A stretch of 64,000 bases of DNA from Felis catus (lineage: Eukaryota): assembly GCF_018350175.1 (NCBI RefSeq), contig NC_058368.1:77564001-77628000 (forward strand). Reading direction: 5' to 3'. The notes under the pieces are model-generated. The model did not search any database. It was not told the origin of the DNA and saw only the letters and a program-made list of their open reading frames with translations. Within the stretch, counting starts at the first letter, position 1; each line of letters starts with the position of its first letter. Shown piece after piece: positions 23,195 through 36,344 of the stretch. The position numbers were made by a program, and so were the translations under genes.

Positions 23195-23985
23195 TAAATA
23201 TGCCAAGGTGCTATGAACACTAAGTTAGCAAATGCTGGAGCACTGTTCCCATGGGACACCTAGGTTTGGGTTCCTGAGAGCTTCCGGTACAACATTTTCT
23301 CAGTCAGTCAGTACCTCGCCTTGTTTCTGTGTGTCTCTGTTTAAGGAGAGCCTATTTCATATATGATGTTGATTCAGTTAATACTGATCTCACAACCAAC
23401 AGCTCTATAAGTTGTGTCAGAATGCAGCTCATCTAACAGACGTATTTTCTTTAAATATTTTTAATGTTTATTTATTTTTGAGAGAAAGAGAAGGAGACAC
23501 AGAATCCGAAACAGACTCTGGGCTCCGAGCTGTCAGCACAGAGCTAGATGTGGGGCTGGAACTCACAGACCGAGAGATCATGACCTGAGCCGGAGTTGGA
23601 TGCTTAACCCACTGAGCTACCCAGGTGCCCTCCGATGTATTTTCTCTGTAAAACATAACAGCACTTCAGCACTACTCTCAGGGGCCATTTTAAATGATAA
23701 AATCACCAACAAAAAACATTAAAAAGAACCCAGAAAACATGGCACTAAACAGACCACGAAAACAGGACTTGTTTACAGTATTAGAGCTAAAGCGAAAGGC
23801 AGAGTGTTGCCTTGTGTGACCTTAGCTGGGGATGAGCCCATCAGACAAGACAAACTTTTCCCTGCTCTGAGCATGTCCCCAAATAACCATGAAGGCACCT
23901 GAGTCTTGATTTGGGAATTACAGATAAATTTTAGTGAGTGGGTGAATTCCCAGATACATAATCAATGAACAATTAAGATCGATGA
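23195..23985 (-). mobile_element. TcMar-Tigger non-autonomous element (MER82-like), split by a SINE
   Basis: ggggccattttaaa..aaaatcaccaacaaaaa, acttgtttacagta and ataaattttagtgagtgggtgaatt motifs. Confidence 0.75.
23452..23630 (-). mobile_element. Can-SINE
   Basis: TSD core gtattttct. Confidence 0.9.
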
Positions 23986-25441
23986 AACCTGAAAAGAGCA
24001 CATCAAATATTCCAATACTTGAGATATTCTAAAAGGTCCGCTCCATAAAATGCTTCCTCCTATATAGGGTGCTAAAAAGCAGTGCTAAGGAAAGTCACAA
24101 TGGGGGTGGGGGTGATCGGCTGTCCTCCCTTCCTTTCCTGAGAGGACAGTAAATGCTTCCAATCTGTAGGAGGGATTGCTTCTGTTGGGTGTTTTGGGCT
24201 ATATTTCCCCTGCTATTCATGAACCTATTTTGATTTGCAAGTTTCAGAATTCCTCACTGATGAATAATTCAGGGAAAAGGATGTATCTTTATTTTTGTAT
24301 ATTTATTTTCTTTTGAGTTTCCCTTAAATAAAGGGAATGTATTCCATTCATTCATGTCACTGTTTCATTCATGAAGTTATGTTTAGGAGTTAAGATATGC
24401 CTCAGCAAATTTTAAAAATCCTCATTGTGAAGGAAACGGAACATTAATTAAATATTCTTGTTATATTTTAATTAATGTGACAGCAGATCGAATTCAAGGA
24501 AATCAATTTTCAACAAACCTTTAGGTAACATAGCATGAATATTCTAAGATTTGCATACAGAGATGTCATTATTATCTGGGAGATATTCTCAAGACAGAAA
24601 CCCCAGAATACGTGTATTTTGAAAAATGCTTCATCGGTAAATGTGATCATATGATTTGATCATGTAGTTAAGAACATGTGGCCCACAGCACCAGCAACCA
24701 AGGCTCAACTTCCCAACTGGACCCTCACTTTTCTATTCAGAACCTTCTCCAATGCCTCCTTCATAAGCATCCTGCCAAATGAGCTCTGATTCTCTAGAAT
24801 GTTCCTTTATATCACCTTTGATTTACACATTTTTCCAGAAGGCTCTGTCACTGCCTTGGTGAAAGACTTTGAGAGGTTACCAGAGGCAAGATTGTGCTTC
24901 TAACCTTGAAAAATGAAAGCAGGAGAAAATGATCAATTCTTTCAATTCTTACCAGAAACAGAGCCTAAATTTACCTTTAGGGCTATGTGTGTTTTTTGTT
25001 TTTGTTTTTGTTTAACTTCTTGAATGGCTCTTTACACAGACTGAAAGCCATCACCTCCTTCTGTTTGGTGGTGGTGGGGGGGTAATGAATGATGAACACA
25101 GGGCTGGGGAACAAAATGCTGGACATGTTTACTAAATTGCTGAGTCTGTCAATTTCGTGGTGCTTTGCTGGCTGGAATGAAGAGCAATCTTCCTAGCCTC
25201 AGGCAGAATTTGTGATGGAAGGCTCACATTCCTGCTTATTATTGGTGGTGGTGTTTTTGTGGTTTAGGTTTTGAGATGTTGAGCATTGCTATCAGAGGTG
25301 AGGAACTGGGGATATCCGAAGGGCTCACTTTCCGGAGTCCTGGTAAACCTCCCCAGAGGCAGAGACAGCACGATGTCTGGGGACACTGATTTGGAGAGAA
25401 TGCTACTCTGCCCAAGTCTGCTCCAAAGCCATTATCATTGT

Positions 25442-25442
<1 letters not shown>

Positions 25443-25480
<38 letters not shown>
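25443..25480. repeat. (CA)n microsatellite
   Basis: Direct reading. Confidence 0.95.
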
Positions 25481-25483
<3 letters not shown>

Positions 25484-26065
25484 GGAACTAGAAAGACTGT
25501 CTTCTGCTAAGGAGAGAGAATTAAGATGGGACTAAGTAACTGATATCCATAATCCCATTTTAAATCTCCCAGAAGTTAAAACTAGGGGCGTGGCTATATG
25601 AGAACGTTAAAGACTGTATTAAATGACACTTGATGACTTCCGTTGGGCATTGTCACTAAAACAGTAGCCCCTGGATTGCCTGTATTATATGTGCTACAAA
25701 TAAAACTCATAAAGCAATTTGAAGCTATAACCAATCTTCATCAGTCTTCAAAAAGTCTAGAGGAAGCACATAGGGGACCTCCTATCAAACCCCACAGAGC
25801 AATGACCTTTTCCTTACTTTCATCTACAATTGACCGTCTCCTTTTAATTTTCCACCACTTTAAAAATTTAAAATCCCAACCGTGAGGCATGTTTGTGACT
25901 TCTTCCTGGCTATCTCAAAGTCTGTAGCCCTTTACAAATACATTTGATAGCATTTCTTTTCATCTTAAGCAAGCTCTACTCAGTTTCTTACCCTTCCAAC
26001 CAACTGTAATGTACTTGTGTTTAACTTCGTTAATAAAGACATAACTTCCAAATTTTCACTAGTTC

Positions 26066-26264
26066 CTTTTATTTTATTTTATTTTTGAGAGAGACAGAGT
26101 GTGAGTGGGGGAGGGGCAGAGAGGGAAGGAGACAGAATCCGAAGCAGGCTCCAGGCTCTGAGATGTCAGCGCAGAGCCCGACACAGGGCTCGAACTCACG
26201 GAACGTGAGATCATGACCTGAGCTGAAGTTGGACACCCAACCTACTGAGCCACCCAGGTGCCCC
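26066..26264 (-). mobile_element. Can-SINE (felid type)
   Basis: Full length, followed by a T run. Confidence 0.95.
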
Positions 26265-26548
26265 TCCTTTTTTTTTTTTTTTTTTTTTAGTTTCATAAAT
26301 TGGCTCCTTCCAAATATTGACTAACACATTTTCACAGTTGTAAAAATGCATCTTTCAAAATTAAACTGGTGAGTGAGTATGGCAGGGCACTGTAACGGTG
26401 AAGAAAAGGATGAGGATGGGAAACAGATTTTTTTTTGATAGTCTTCCTTTGTCTTGCCAAATTCGTATCTTTTTGGTATTTAAAATCTGCTAATAAATTC
26501 ATGAGGTGTAAAATCATATTCCAGAACTTCCACAGCGGGAATATTAAA

Positions 26549-26747
26549 ATAATTGAATACAGAGAACAAGCTGAGGGGTGCTGGAGGGGAGGTGGGTTGA
26601 GAGGATGGGCTAAATGGGGGATGGGCATTGAGGAGGGCACTTGCTGGGACAAGCACAGGTTGCCACGAGTAAGTGATGAATCACTCACTGGGTTGTACTT
26701 CTGAAGCCAAGACTACGCTGTAGGTTAACTAGCTTGACTTTAAATGA
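26549..26747 (+). mobile_element. Carnivore L1 3' UTR fragment
   Basis: acagagaacaagctgagg...gggcattgaggagggcacttg...gttaactagcttg. Confidence 0.85.
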
Positions 26748-27989
26748 ATTCTGTGTGCATTTAATGTAATGGTTGCTACCAGTGTAATGGCCACCGAGGT
26801 TGTGAAGTCATTGGTTGAAAGCACACAGCGGGGTGTAACTCCATCACTGTTTTAAACTTGTCAGAAGAAGGGTTAGGGGAGTCACACACTATCAACCTAC
26901 TAGGCTTATCTCCCTCCTGTGTATTAAGGTCCTCGAACCTTAATTTCATGTAGCACAAAACTTGGAGTAAAGCCCGTTATCAGTAGAAGTAGTTTTTTTT
27001 TTATTACTATGAAATTACTCTGAAAATTATTTGTTATAGAACAGATGTACATTTTGTTTTCCAATTGCCTGATTCGAGCAAGACTTCTGAATGGAAAAAC
27101 AAATTAATTTATGATTGAGCTTGGTTTGAATTGTCTCCAAGTCATTTTGTTTCTCCTTACTTTATTTTACAGTCACAAGGAGATCAAGACAGAAAAGTAA
27201 GAACACTTTTGGAGTGACTGTTTCTAATCGATATTAATTAATATTGCGTAATGATCAATCAAGAAGAAAAAAGAAACTGGTATTGTTGTTCTTTTTTTCC
27301 AAATATTAGTCTGTCCTGAAAATACAATATTTCCTGCTGTGAACTATGAAAACATGTTAGAAGAACAGGGCTTAATCGGGGCATAACACCTATCATGGTG
27401 TGGCCCAGACTTTGGAAAATTCATTTGTCCTGTTCCATAAGCAAGCTTAGGATGAGTCTTTTAAAATGTCAGGTGTCAAAGTACCTACCTCAGACCACAA
27501 TGCAGTATCACAATTAATAATTCTACTATTTCTTTTAACTTAATAATAGGGCAATTACTTTGCAGCAGAACAAAATCTGTGTAAATAGTTTGAAGACTAA
27601 AACCCAGTGGCCATATCTGCATCGCTTTCAAATGTCACCTCTTTCCTTTTCATTTATTGTGTATCTCTGAATTCTTGAGGGAGCTGAGGTGTCATTTGGG
27701 CCTTCTCACTTAATTGCTGAAGTTTGTTGATGTGTATGTAATATATTTCCCCGAGTGCAATTAATACTGATGAAGAGTGGAGAGGGAGTCCTCGCCTTTG
27801 CCTATTGCCGGATATGCCTTCCCTCAATTGTCTTGTCTGTTCTCTCCCTTGATCTCATGAAGCCCTTTGAGGCCATTGTTATGGCCGTTTCCTCGGTGAA
27901 AAAGTCAGGAGCTCAGAGCTAAAAGACTTGCACAGAGAAAAGAGTTAAGAAAGGCATCCAGGGATTGAGATCATTGATGCGTCACAGCG

Positions 27990-28200
27990 CGGCACAAAGG
28001 CTGGGATCAGAGGGACTGAATATCCATCCTGACTCTAGTGCTTAATGGTTTGATTTTGAACGAGTTGCTTAATTTCTCTAAATCTCAACTGTCTTATCTG
28101 TGCAGTGAAATAATAAAAGTATCTTAGAAGATTGCTGAGAAAATTAAAAACAGATATATGTATCTGCCACCCTGTCATACACATAACTACTTTAAAAATT
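27990..28200 (+). mobile_element. MIR
   Basis: gagttgcttaatttctctaaatctcaac..ttatctgtg core. Confidence 0.65.
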
Positions 28201-28406
28201 TGCTGCAGATATGGTTATGCTGGGACAATCCAACTTTCAACACTGCTTGGAAACCTATAATATGTATAGAATGACGTATTTCACCCATTATAAGATGCGT
28301 GTATTTTCTCATTTTAATATCTCTGAGATGGGGATGTTTCTTAGATAAAACGACCTCTTAAACTCTATGAAATCCATATAATCTATGTCTACTTAATATA
28401 ATAATG

Positions 28407-28600
28407 AGGGTTGCCTGGATGGCTCAGTGGGTTAAGCATCAGACTCTTGATTTCGGCTCAGATCATGATCTCATAAACCATGAGACTGAGGCCCACATCG
28501 GGCTGTGTGCTGACAGTGCGGAGCCTGCTTGGGATTCTCTCTCTCCCTTTTTCTCTGCCCCACCTCCATTTGTGCCCTCTCCCCCAAAAAACATTAAAAT
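28407..28600 (+). mobile_element. Can-SINE (older)
   Basis: Head and CT-rich linker. Confidence 0.9.
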
Positions 28601-28939
28601 ATATATATATATGTATAATATTACATTATTATAATTATATAACAAATAATCTTTGCTAAAGTTGAGTTTTTACTATGTGCCAAGCACTAAATTCTTTGCA
28701 TGGGTTATTTGGACTAATTCTTATAACAGTCCCAATGGGGGGGGGCAGAATCCCTTATATAAAAAAGACTAAGGACATTTTATGTGGTTAGTATTTAGGG
28801 AGGGAGCTGGAGTAGGAGAGGGTCACGTTTGGACAGGAAGTAGAACTAGGTTGCCAAGCGGCAGCTGCGTGACCTTAAGAAGGTGTTGAGCCTTCAATCT
28901 TTCTCACTCGTGAAAGAACACAAAGAAGGTCATATTCTT

Positions 28940-29190
28940 GGCAGTTACGATGTGACATCTGGAGCTAGGCTGCGTGCCTTTGATCACTTTGTTACTTACT
29001 ATATATATGACTTTAGCTATTGACCTAACCTCTCAAGACTTGATTTTCCCATTTGTAAAATGCAGCTAATAACTGAATAGCACATCATGGATATGTTGTA
29101 AGGATTCAGTCAGTTCATATTGGCAAAGCTTCAAGGAAAGGGACTGTCATCACGAAGCACTAGTTAAGAGTAGCTACTACTATTATTATT
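28940..29190 (+). mobile_element. MIR
   Basis: acctaacctctc..ttttcccatttgtaaaatg core and tattattatt tail. Confidence 0.65.
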
Positions 29191-29365
29191 TAATACAGAT
29201 CTGAGATTTAAAGGAGAGCTTGTTTAGAAATAGCTACTGCTATGCAATGTTCAGCCTCTTAGCCCCTGTTATTCTTGAAGCTGTATGTATAAAACAGACT
29301 AACAAATGGAGTCATATCCTAAACTCGCAAGGCGTCCACAAGTATCCATAATTTAAAATTTTATA

Positions 29366-29568
29366 GGGGTGCCTGGGTGGCTCAGTCGGTTAAGCGTCCA
29401 ACTTCAGCTCAGGTCATGATCTCTTGGTTTGTGAGTTCCAGTCCCACATCGGGCTCTCTGCTGTCAGCGCAAAGCCGCTTTATCCTCTGTGCCCCTCTCT
29501 CTCCGCCCCTCCCCTGTTCTCATGTGCGCTCACTCTCTCTCAAAAATAAGTGAACATTAAAAAAAATC
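29366..29568 (+). mobile_element. Can-SINE
   Basis: TSD aaattttata. Confidence 0.95.
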
Positions 29569-29727
29569 AAATTTTATAATTAGGTTCACATTTAAAAAAT
29601 CTTATTATTTTTTGTTGTTGTTGGCTTGAAGATGTATGTATTAGGTTCATTTAAAATGCAGTACATTTCTACTCGGGGTATAGCAGGAAGGCAAAAATGT
29701 TAGGTTATCAGATAATCATGTCCTTTG

Positions 29728-29913
29728 ACAGTACTTTTCACGTTTAAATGAGGATACAAGTCACCTGGAGAGTTTGTTGAAATAGAGATTCTTGCTCTCG
29801 CCCCATTCTGATTTAGTAGGTATGACATACCGGGTCCTAGAAATCTGCATTTTTAACAAGTCTTTGGTGATATTGATGCTGTTGGTACATGGATCCCTCT
29901 TTGCGAAGCAATG
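29728..29913. mobile_element. MER5A-like hAT-Charlie element
   Basis: tcacctggagagtttgttgaaa...aatctgcatttttaacaag. Confidence 0.75.
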
Positions 29914-31407
29914 GGCGGGGACTCCCCAAAAATGTGTATAAAAATCACACACCCCAAACAAAGGCATATGTTATTTCTCCAGTGATATCATAGAGTTGCA
30001 CACATAAACTTGGGGGAACTAGGGATTGAGTGGCATGGGACAAGCCAAGTCACTTATTTTCTCAGAACGAGAAATTCCATACTTCACTTGCAATGGCAAG
30101 CAATGGCAGAACATTCCCCAGTTAAGGTAAACGTTAATTTTACAGAATAATTCATTACTTTCTCCACCTCTAACCAGATTTGCACACTAGTCACAACATG
30201 GTATGCTTTTGTCCTTTACGAGTAACAGAATCAGTAGAAGCGCTGTTGTGTGGGTCTGGTTTGCTAAGCACGCACACACAAGTATACAGGTGTATGAATA
30301 TGTGCACATTTCCTAATTGTGGCCCACTGAGTTTTCTCTTAAGAAAAACACTTTCCTTTTCAATTCTTCCATTGTATTTCCTATTCTTGGGCACTCCTAC
30401 CCACCTTTTGAGTCTAGACAACAATGAAACACAGTTCTCAATTTACCATGTGAAATTGCTGAGGGGAAAGTCACTCCTGCCTCACGTATTTCAAGGACCT
30501 CGCTCTGTGAGCGAGTCCATACCTGTCTTCAGGTATGGCCACTACCACGCCCACCCTGGCACTCCCTCTTTCATTTGTGTCTTGTCATAGGCATTCTTTG
30601 AATGCTTCCTGCATATTCCTTCTTTCCTCTTTATTTCATGAAGATAGGAACTAAAGTGACAAAGGGAGAATGCATTTGAGGGAAGAGAGGAATTACCACC
30701 TCTTTCACCACCAGCAGAATGCATTATGTTTGACAGGTGCCCAGGGGCCATGAGGATGCACCCAGCTCACGTGTCTCCTTCCCATTTCCACTCTGGCCAC
30801 TGGAAGTCTACGTTTCGTCCATCTTCAGTTTCGGTGTTCTAACATTTTCTTTACCTTCCTGGTTTATTTCCTCATAAATGCAATTTTAATAAAGTGATTT
30901 ATTTGACACAAATAGTCTCTGCCTCGTGGCGGACGGCACGGGGCCTGGGCAAGTCAATGACAGCTCTGCAGCCCAGGGAAAGAACTTTGGTGACAGGTGT
31001 TGGCTCTGCAGAACACTGGTTGATTTACGGAACGAAAGTTAGTCGGAAACATTTAGGAAAAGTTCTGTTACTGCCCAATTTTTCTTTCTCCTAATATCTT
31101 TTTTCCCGGAACACCCACACAGATCCTCTTTGTCTGCCAACGTGCTGGAGAATGGCAGTGATTTCCAACAGACATTTGGTGCTAAGGACAGGGAGGCCTA
31201 GACTATCTCGATGACAAAAAAAAGGAATGTCTTTGGCCCTGACAAAGAAACTTCCCAGGAGCCTACCTTTGTATAAACTCTGAAATATTTAGAGTAGGGC
31301 TCCCATGTGGAGAATTGCCTTTCACTTTTGGTGCACTTTAAAACATATGATATAATGAAGTATCATGATAAACACAGTTAGCTTATGGAAGCCCATCTAA
31401 ACCCACT

Positions 31408-31409
<2 letters not shown>

Positions 31410-31451
<42 letters not shown>

Positions 31452-31460
31452 ATGTGTGTG
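31410..31460. repeat. (TG)n microsatellite
   Basis: Direct reading. Confidence 0.95.
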
Positions 31461-31587
31461 TATGCACACACATGGAGATAGAGAGAGACATGGGAAAGAG
31501 CCAACCACTTAAATGTATATAGTATATATTAGCTCTATAATATTCACCATAATCCACAGTTATTATCATCACTATTACTTCCTTCAT

Positions 31588-31884
31588 ACTGTGTATAAAT
31601 AGATGTGTGTACATATGTGTATATCTATGTATGTATGTATACATGTATACATATTGTGTATATGTGTATATAGTTATATGTATATATGTACATGTTTGTT
31701 GTGTATATATATGCATGTTTACATATGTGCATACCTGTATATGTATGTATACATATTGTGCACATGTATACATACATATATGTATACGTGTGTATGTATA
31801 TATATATACACATATATATATGTGTATATATATGTGTATATATATACACATATATATATACACATATATATATACACATATATA

Positions 31885-31932
<48 letters not shown>
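31588..31932. repeat. Compound (TA)/(TATG)/(CATA) low-complexity tract
   Basis: Direct reading; source of the YI-repeat ORFs. Confidence 0.95.
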
Positions 31933-31935
<3 letters not shown>

Positions 31936-32097
31936 TGAGCATCAGACTCTTGATTTTGGCTCAGGTCATGCTGAGCGTGGAGCCTGCCTAAGTGGCTAAG
32001 ATGCTTATGATTCTCTCTCTTTCCCTTTTTCCCCTGCTCTCCACCTCCATGCTTGTGCATGCTCTTTCTCTGTCTCTGTCTCTGTCTTTCAAAAAAA
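31933..32097 (+). mobile_element. 5'-truncated, internally deleted Can-SINE
   Basis: caggtcatg joined directly to ctgagcgtgg. Confidence 0.85.
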
Positions 32098-32134
32098 TGT
32101 ATATATATATATATACATATACATAGAAACAAAG

Positions 32135-32390
32135 ACACACAGAGGGAAGACCCCTGTGGCTATGGAGGAAGAGATTGCAGTAATGTGATTACAAGCCACT
32201 AAGTGCCCAGGATTATGGACAAGCCCCCAAATTTAGGACAGAGTCCTGGAATAGGTTGTCCCCCTTAACCCCCAACAAGAACAACCCTGATTTCAGACTG
32301 TTGGCCCCGCACACCGTGAGGGAATAAACTTCTGTTGTTTTAAGCCCTAGTTGTAGTACTTTGTCATGGCAGCTTTACAAAATCATACAC
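32135..32390 (+). mobile_element. MLT1 MaLR LTR 3' part
   Basis: aataaacttctgttgttttaagcc...tactttgtcatggcagc. Confidence 0.8.
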
Positions 32391-33052
32391 CACCCATGAG
32401 GGAGGGGTTGTCAGTACCTCCCCTGACAGAGAAGAAAGCGAGGCATTGAGAGGGAGAGAGAGCCTGCCCAAAGTGCATACCTGGCGAGCAGCTGAACTGG
32501 AATTCCATTGCTTCTGAGTCCATGGCTTTGACCCCTCTGCCTAGCTGCCCACATGAATGATATATGGTAAAGTATTTTTCACTACGATTGAGAACTTAGC
32601 TGTGTTTCAAGTAAAGTTTTGTTTTCTTGTTACGTTCTGGCTGAAGGCCATCTTCAAACATTGCTATAGATCGATACTTGTAAGACTCGGCCTTCACAGT
32701 TCAATATATTTTTTTTTTTTTTTTTAGCTGAGAATGCACCATCCAAAAAATTAGTTCCCCTTACAGCAGGCTGGCTTGACAAGACATGAATCTGCACAAG
32801 AAGAGCATGTTCGGAGAGGTTAATTGCTAACTTGGGAACGAAGGCCCATCCCCTAGACCTGCTCTTGATGTTTCAATTTCATGGCAGATATTGTGCCCCA
32901 AATTTTATGAAGTCTTTCACTGGGATGTAATATGCTGTATTTTTCAAGTTCTCTTGTCTATTGTTTAACTATAAGGTAATAATTTAAATTGCTTTCATGG
33001 CTGTGGGTAAGAGATTCATCTCTTAGATTGTAAGTTACAACACATATAAGGG

Positions 33053-33056
<4 letters not shown>

Positions 33057-33091
<35 letters not shown>
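33057..33091. repeat. (CA)n microsatellite
   Basis: Direct reading. Confidence 0.95.
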
Positions 33092-33094
<3 letters not shown>

Positions 33095-33113
33095 TTTTTA
33101 AAAATAAAGTTTA

Positions 33114-33325
33114 GGGGCGCCTGGGTGGCTCAGTCGGTTGAGCGGCCGACTTCGGCTCAGGTCATGATCTCGCGGTCCGTGAGTTCGAGCCCCGCGTCGG
33201 ACTCTGTGCTGACAGCTCGGAGCCTGGAACCTCTTTTGGATTCTGTGTCTCCCTCTCTCTGACCCTCCCCCGTTCATGCTCTGTCTCTCTCTGTCTCAAA
33301 AATAAATAAACATTAAAAAAAAAAG
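33114..33325 (+). mobile_element. Young felid Can-SINE
   Basis: CpG-rich; TSD tttaaaaataaagttta. Confidence 0.95.
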
Positions 33326-33339
33326 AATTTTAAAAATAA

Positions 33340-33495
33340 AGTTTATTTATTTTGAGAGAGAGAGCTGGGAAAGGGGCAGAGAGAGAGGAGAGAGAGAATC
33401 CCAAGCAGGCTCTGCTGTGTCAACACAGAGTCCCGGGGCTCCATCCCATAAACCATGAGATCATGCCCTGAGCCGAAATCAAGAGTCAATTGTTA
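33340..33495 (-). mobile_element. 5'-truncated Can-SINE
   Basis: Tail-to-tail with the previous copy; outer repeat ataagggtt. Confidence 0.9.
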
Positions 33496-33539
33496 ACATA
33501 AGGGTTATATTTTATTGTGGCAAAAAGACACCTGACATA

Positions 33540-33776
33540 TTCTCTTATAATAAGGATTCCAGCCGCACTGGACTTAGGACCCATACTCCTTCAGTATGAC
33601 TTCATATTAACTTGATTACATCCTCAAAGAGCTCCTTTCCAGGGGCACCTGGGTGGCTCACTGGGTTTGAGCATCAGACTCTTGATTTTGGCTCAGGTCA
33701 TGCTGAGCGTGGGGCCTGCCTAAGATGCTTTAGATTCTCCCGCTCCCTGCCTCCCCCCGCCCCCACTTGTGCGTGT

Positions 33777-33815
<39 letters not shown>

Positions 33816-33906
33816 AAAAGAGCTCCTTTCCAAATAAGGTCACATCCACAGATTCTGGGGTTGGGACTTCAACATAGCTTTTTGGGTGACGCAATTCAAC
33901 CCCATA
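33540..33906 (-). mobile_element. MLT1 LTR fragment interrupted by a SINE
   Basis: aacttgattacatc...ccaaataaggtcacat...aattcaacccca. Confidence 0.8.
33642..33815 (+). mobile_element. Internally deleted Can-SINE
   Basis: 16-bp TSD aaagagctcctttcca. Confidence 0.9.
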
Positions 33907-35871
33907 ATGAATTAAATGAGGATTGATACTTTTTAAAGTCTTAGAGATGTCATCATGTAAACAAAGTGTGTGTTTGCTAAATAAAATAAAATATAAATGG
34001 GTATGCAGTAGATATGTACTTAGGCTTTGCAACTGAAATGGAAAGAGACATGCTATTCCTATTTTCTCAGTGACCTTTAAATGCTTGGGAACAAATAAGC
34101 CATACAGAAAGGAAGTTGACAAAAAATTGATATATTAGGGCATAATTAAAATGTCTGATATTGATAGTGTTTCTCCAAAATTGTCAGTCTGAATGAACAA
34201 TTTCTGATTTTTGCACTGTCACAGATTTAGGATTCTGAAAAAAATTTGAGACCCAATGCAGCCCACTTTGTATTTTTGCTTCCGTAATTTAGGACAATCT
34301 CCTATTTTTCTCTCTTGAAGGAACTGGGGAGGAGGCTCACACTTTTACTAATGAGGTCTTTCAAACTACACTTAGGCTCAGGAATCTAAGATTAGGTTAA
34401 TTTTCTTACATCCTTTCCAATTAGGGGTCCACAAGTGGTTTTTAATCAGAAAAAAAAAGTGAGTGCAATCCACTCTGGATCCCACTCATCTTTACACTAA
34501 TGAAGCCATCAAGGACAAAAATTTTCATATATACATATTTTTTTATGGAGGAAGGGGCCATAAGAGCTATAATGAGTTCCTGAAGGTGGGGGGGGGCACA
34601 TTTCTTTGGTCTTGCCAGATTCCTCTCCAAGGAGCTTTCACTGATAGCTAGTGAGTGGCATCTGCTCCCAGATGTGGGGGTTGCTCACTGTCTTGACTTC
34701 TGGGGTTCAGCCTATTTTAATCGCCTGTGGAGTCACCTCGTCATTCTATTCCTGGCATCAGGGATGCCTGCTTACCCAGGGCACCACCAACTGTCTGATA
34801 CCCTTTCCTCAGTACACTTCTTCCTACCTGTCAAATAGAGCATTCTTCGGCACCTGAAATTTCAAGTGGACATGTCTAAACTCTGTGCCTTCCAAGGAAA
34901 GCAAACATCCCGAGTCATGAAACAAGATGCCCCAAATAGTCTGTAATTATTACAAGCTTGTGACACGCTCTGCAACAGGATCTACTTTAAAATTCCATCA
35001 TCTTCTCTCTCGTGGGCAGACTATCTAGCCAAGTCAACTAATGATGAGCATGAAACGCCCGACCTCGTGTCCACGGGTCTGTCCTCGTTTCTGGGTTCAT
35101 GTTTACTAGTACAGAGTGCAAATTGAAGTCTGTGTTTGAGTCAAACGGAAAAAAAAAGACTTTCTAATTGCTAACCATACCTCTAGGAGTGGCTGCAAAT
35201 ATTGTACTTATGCTAATAACAATGTACCAACTTCAATAGTGTCCGCTGAGCACGTTACCATGATGAGAGTTAATTGTTGGTTGTCCATGCAATGTTCCAA
35301 GCTTTTAAGATGTGCGGTCATTATGACGCAAATGCTGTGGCAAGGACATTCCCCACACCATCAGTGACTGCACCAGGCTGGACATGATCTTGTCTGCCCC
35401 ACCTCCCCAGCAGAGGGAAATGCCTGGCCCATATCTTTTTATTGTAAGTAGGAGGTTTCAAACACCACTGACATTCTTCCCCAAACACCTGGTTCAGAAT
35501 ATTCTGACTATTCTATCAGTTGCATTTAACTATCTAGAAACATTTCTCAATTGTTTTAACACAGTCTGAAACTAGCTTTGAGTGTTGTTTATTTTAATTC
35601 ACTTCCATAGAAAACAAGAGAGCTTTTTGATATTTGATGGGTTGGTAGACTTGCCAGGGGCATTTTCAAACAAAAATTAATAGTAATATCACTGTGCATT
35701 GTATTGAATCAAGCAATTTAGTTTAATTCACATAAGTTATGAATTATCAGACTTAAAAAAACATTTCGTTGACATTAAAAAGATAAGTTTACTCAGAAGT
35801 TACTTTAACACTTCAATAGATATCAGTAAATGTCTCAAATCAATTAGGGACATTCAAAATGCATAAACATC

Positions 35872-35895
35872 TTTTTTTTAGGATTATTTATTTAT

Positions 35896-35942
<47 letters not shown>

Positions 35943-36112
35943 ATGTGCATGCAGAGGAGGGGCAGAGAGAGAGGAAGAGAGAGAGAATCCCAAGCAGGCT
36001 TCATGCTGTCAGCATGGAGTCTGATGCGGGGCTCAATCTCACAAACCTTGAGATCATGACCTGAGCCAAATCAAGAGTCTAATGCTTAACCAACTGAGCC
36101 ACCAGGCTCCCC
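35872..36112 (-). mobile_element. Can-SINE with long (GA)n
   Basis: TSD core taaacatc. Confidence 0.9.
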
Positions 36113-36344
36113 TAAACATCCTTTTCTTGATCATTAATGAAGAATTTTCACTTATATCATTTGATGGCAAGCCATTCATTTTTTGAAGAAGCAAGCATTT
36201 AATATTTTAATGATAGCTGTTTGGAATATGTGTAAGATGATATTTTCAAATTATTAAAAATATAAGGATAACAATCATCTGTTTGCTCATTTTCATTTTC
36301 TTCTTATTAAATCTCTGTTCTTTTTCAGATGTTACCCCCTCCTT

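Noticed and set aside
31378..32138. Tyr/Ile-rich ORFs up to 161 aa
   Set aside because: Translations of TA-rich low-complexity DNA.
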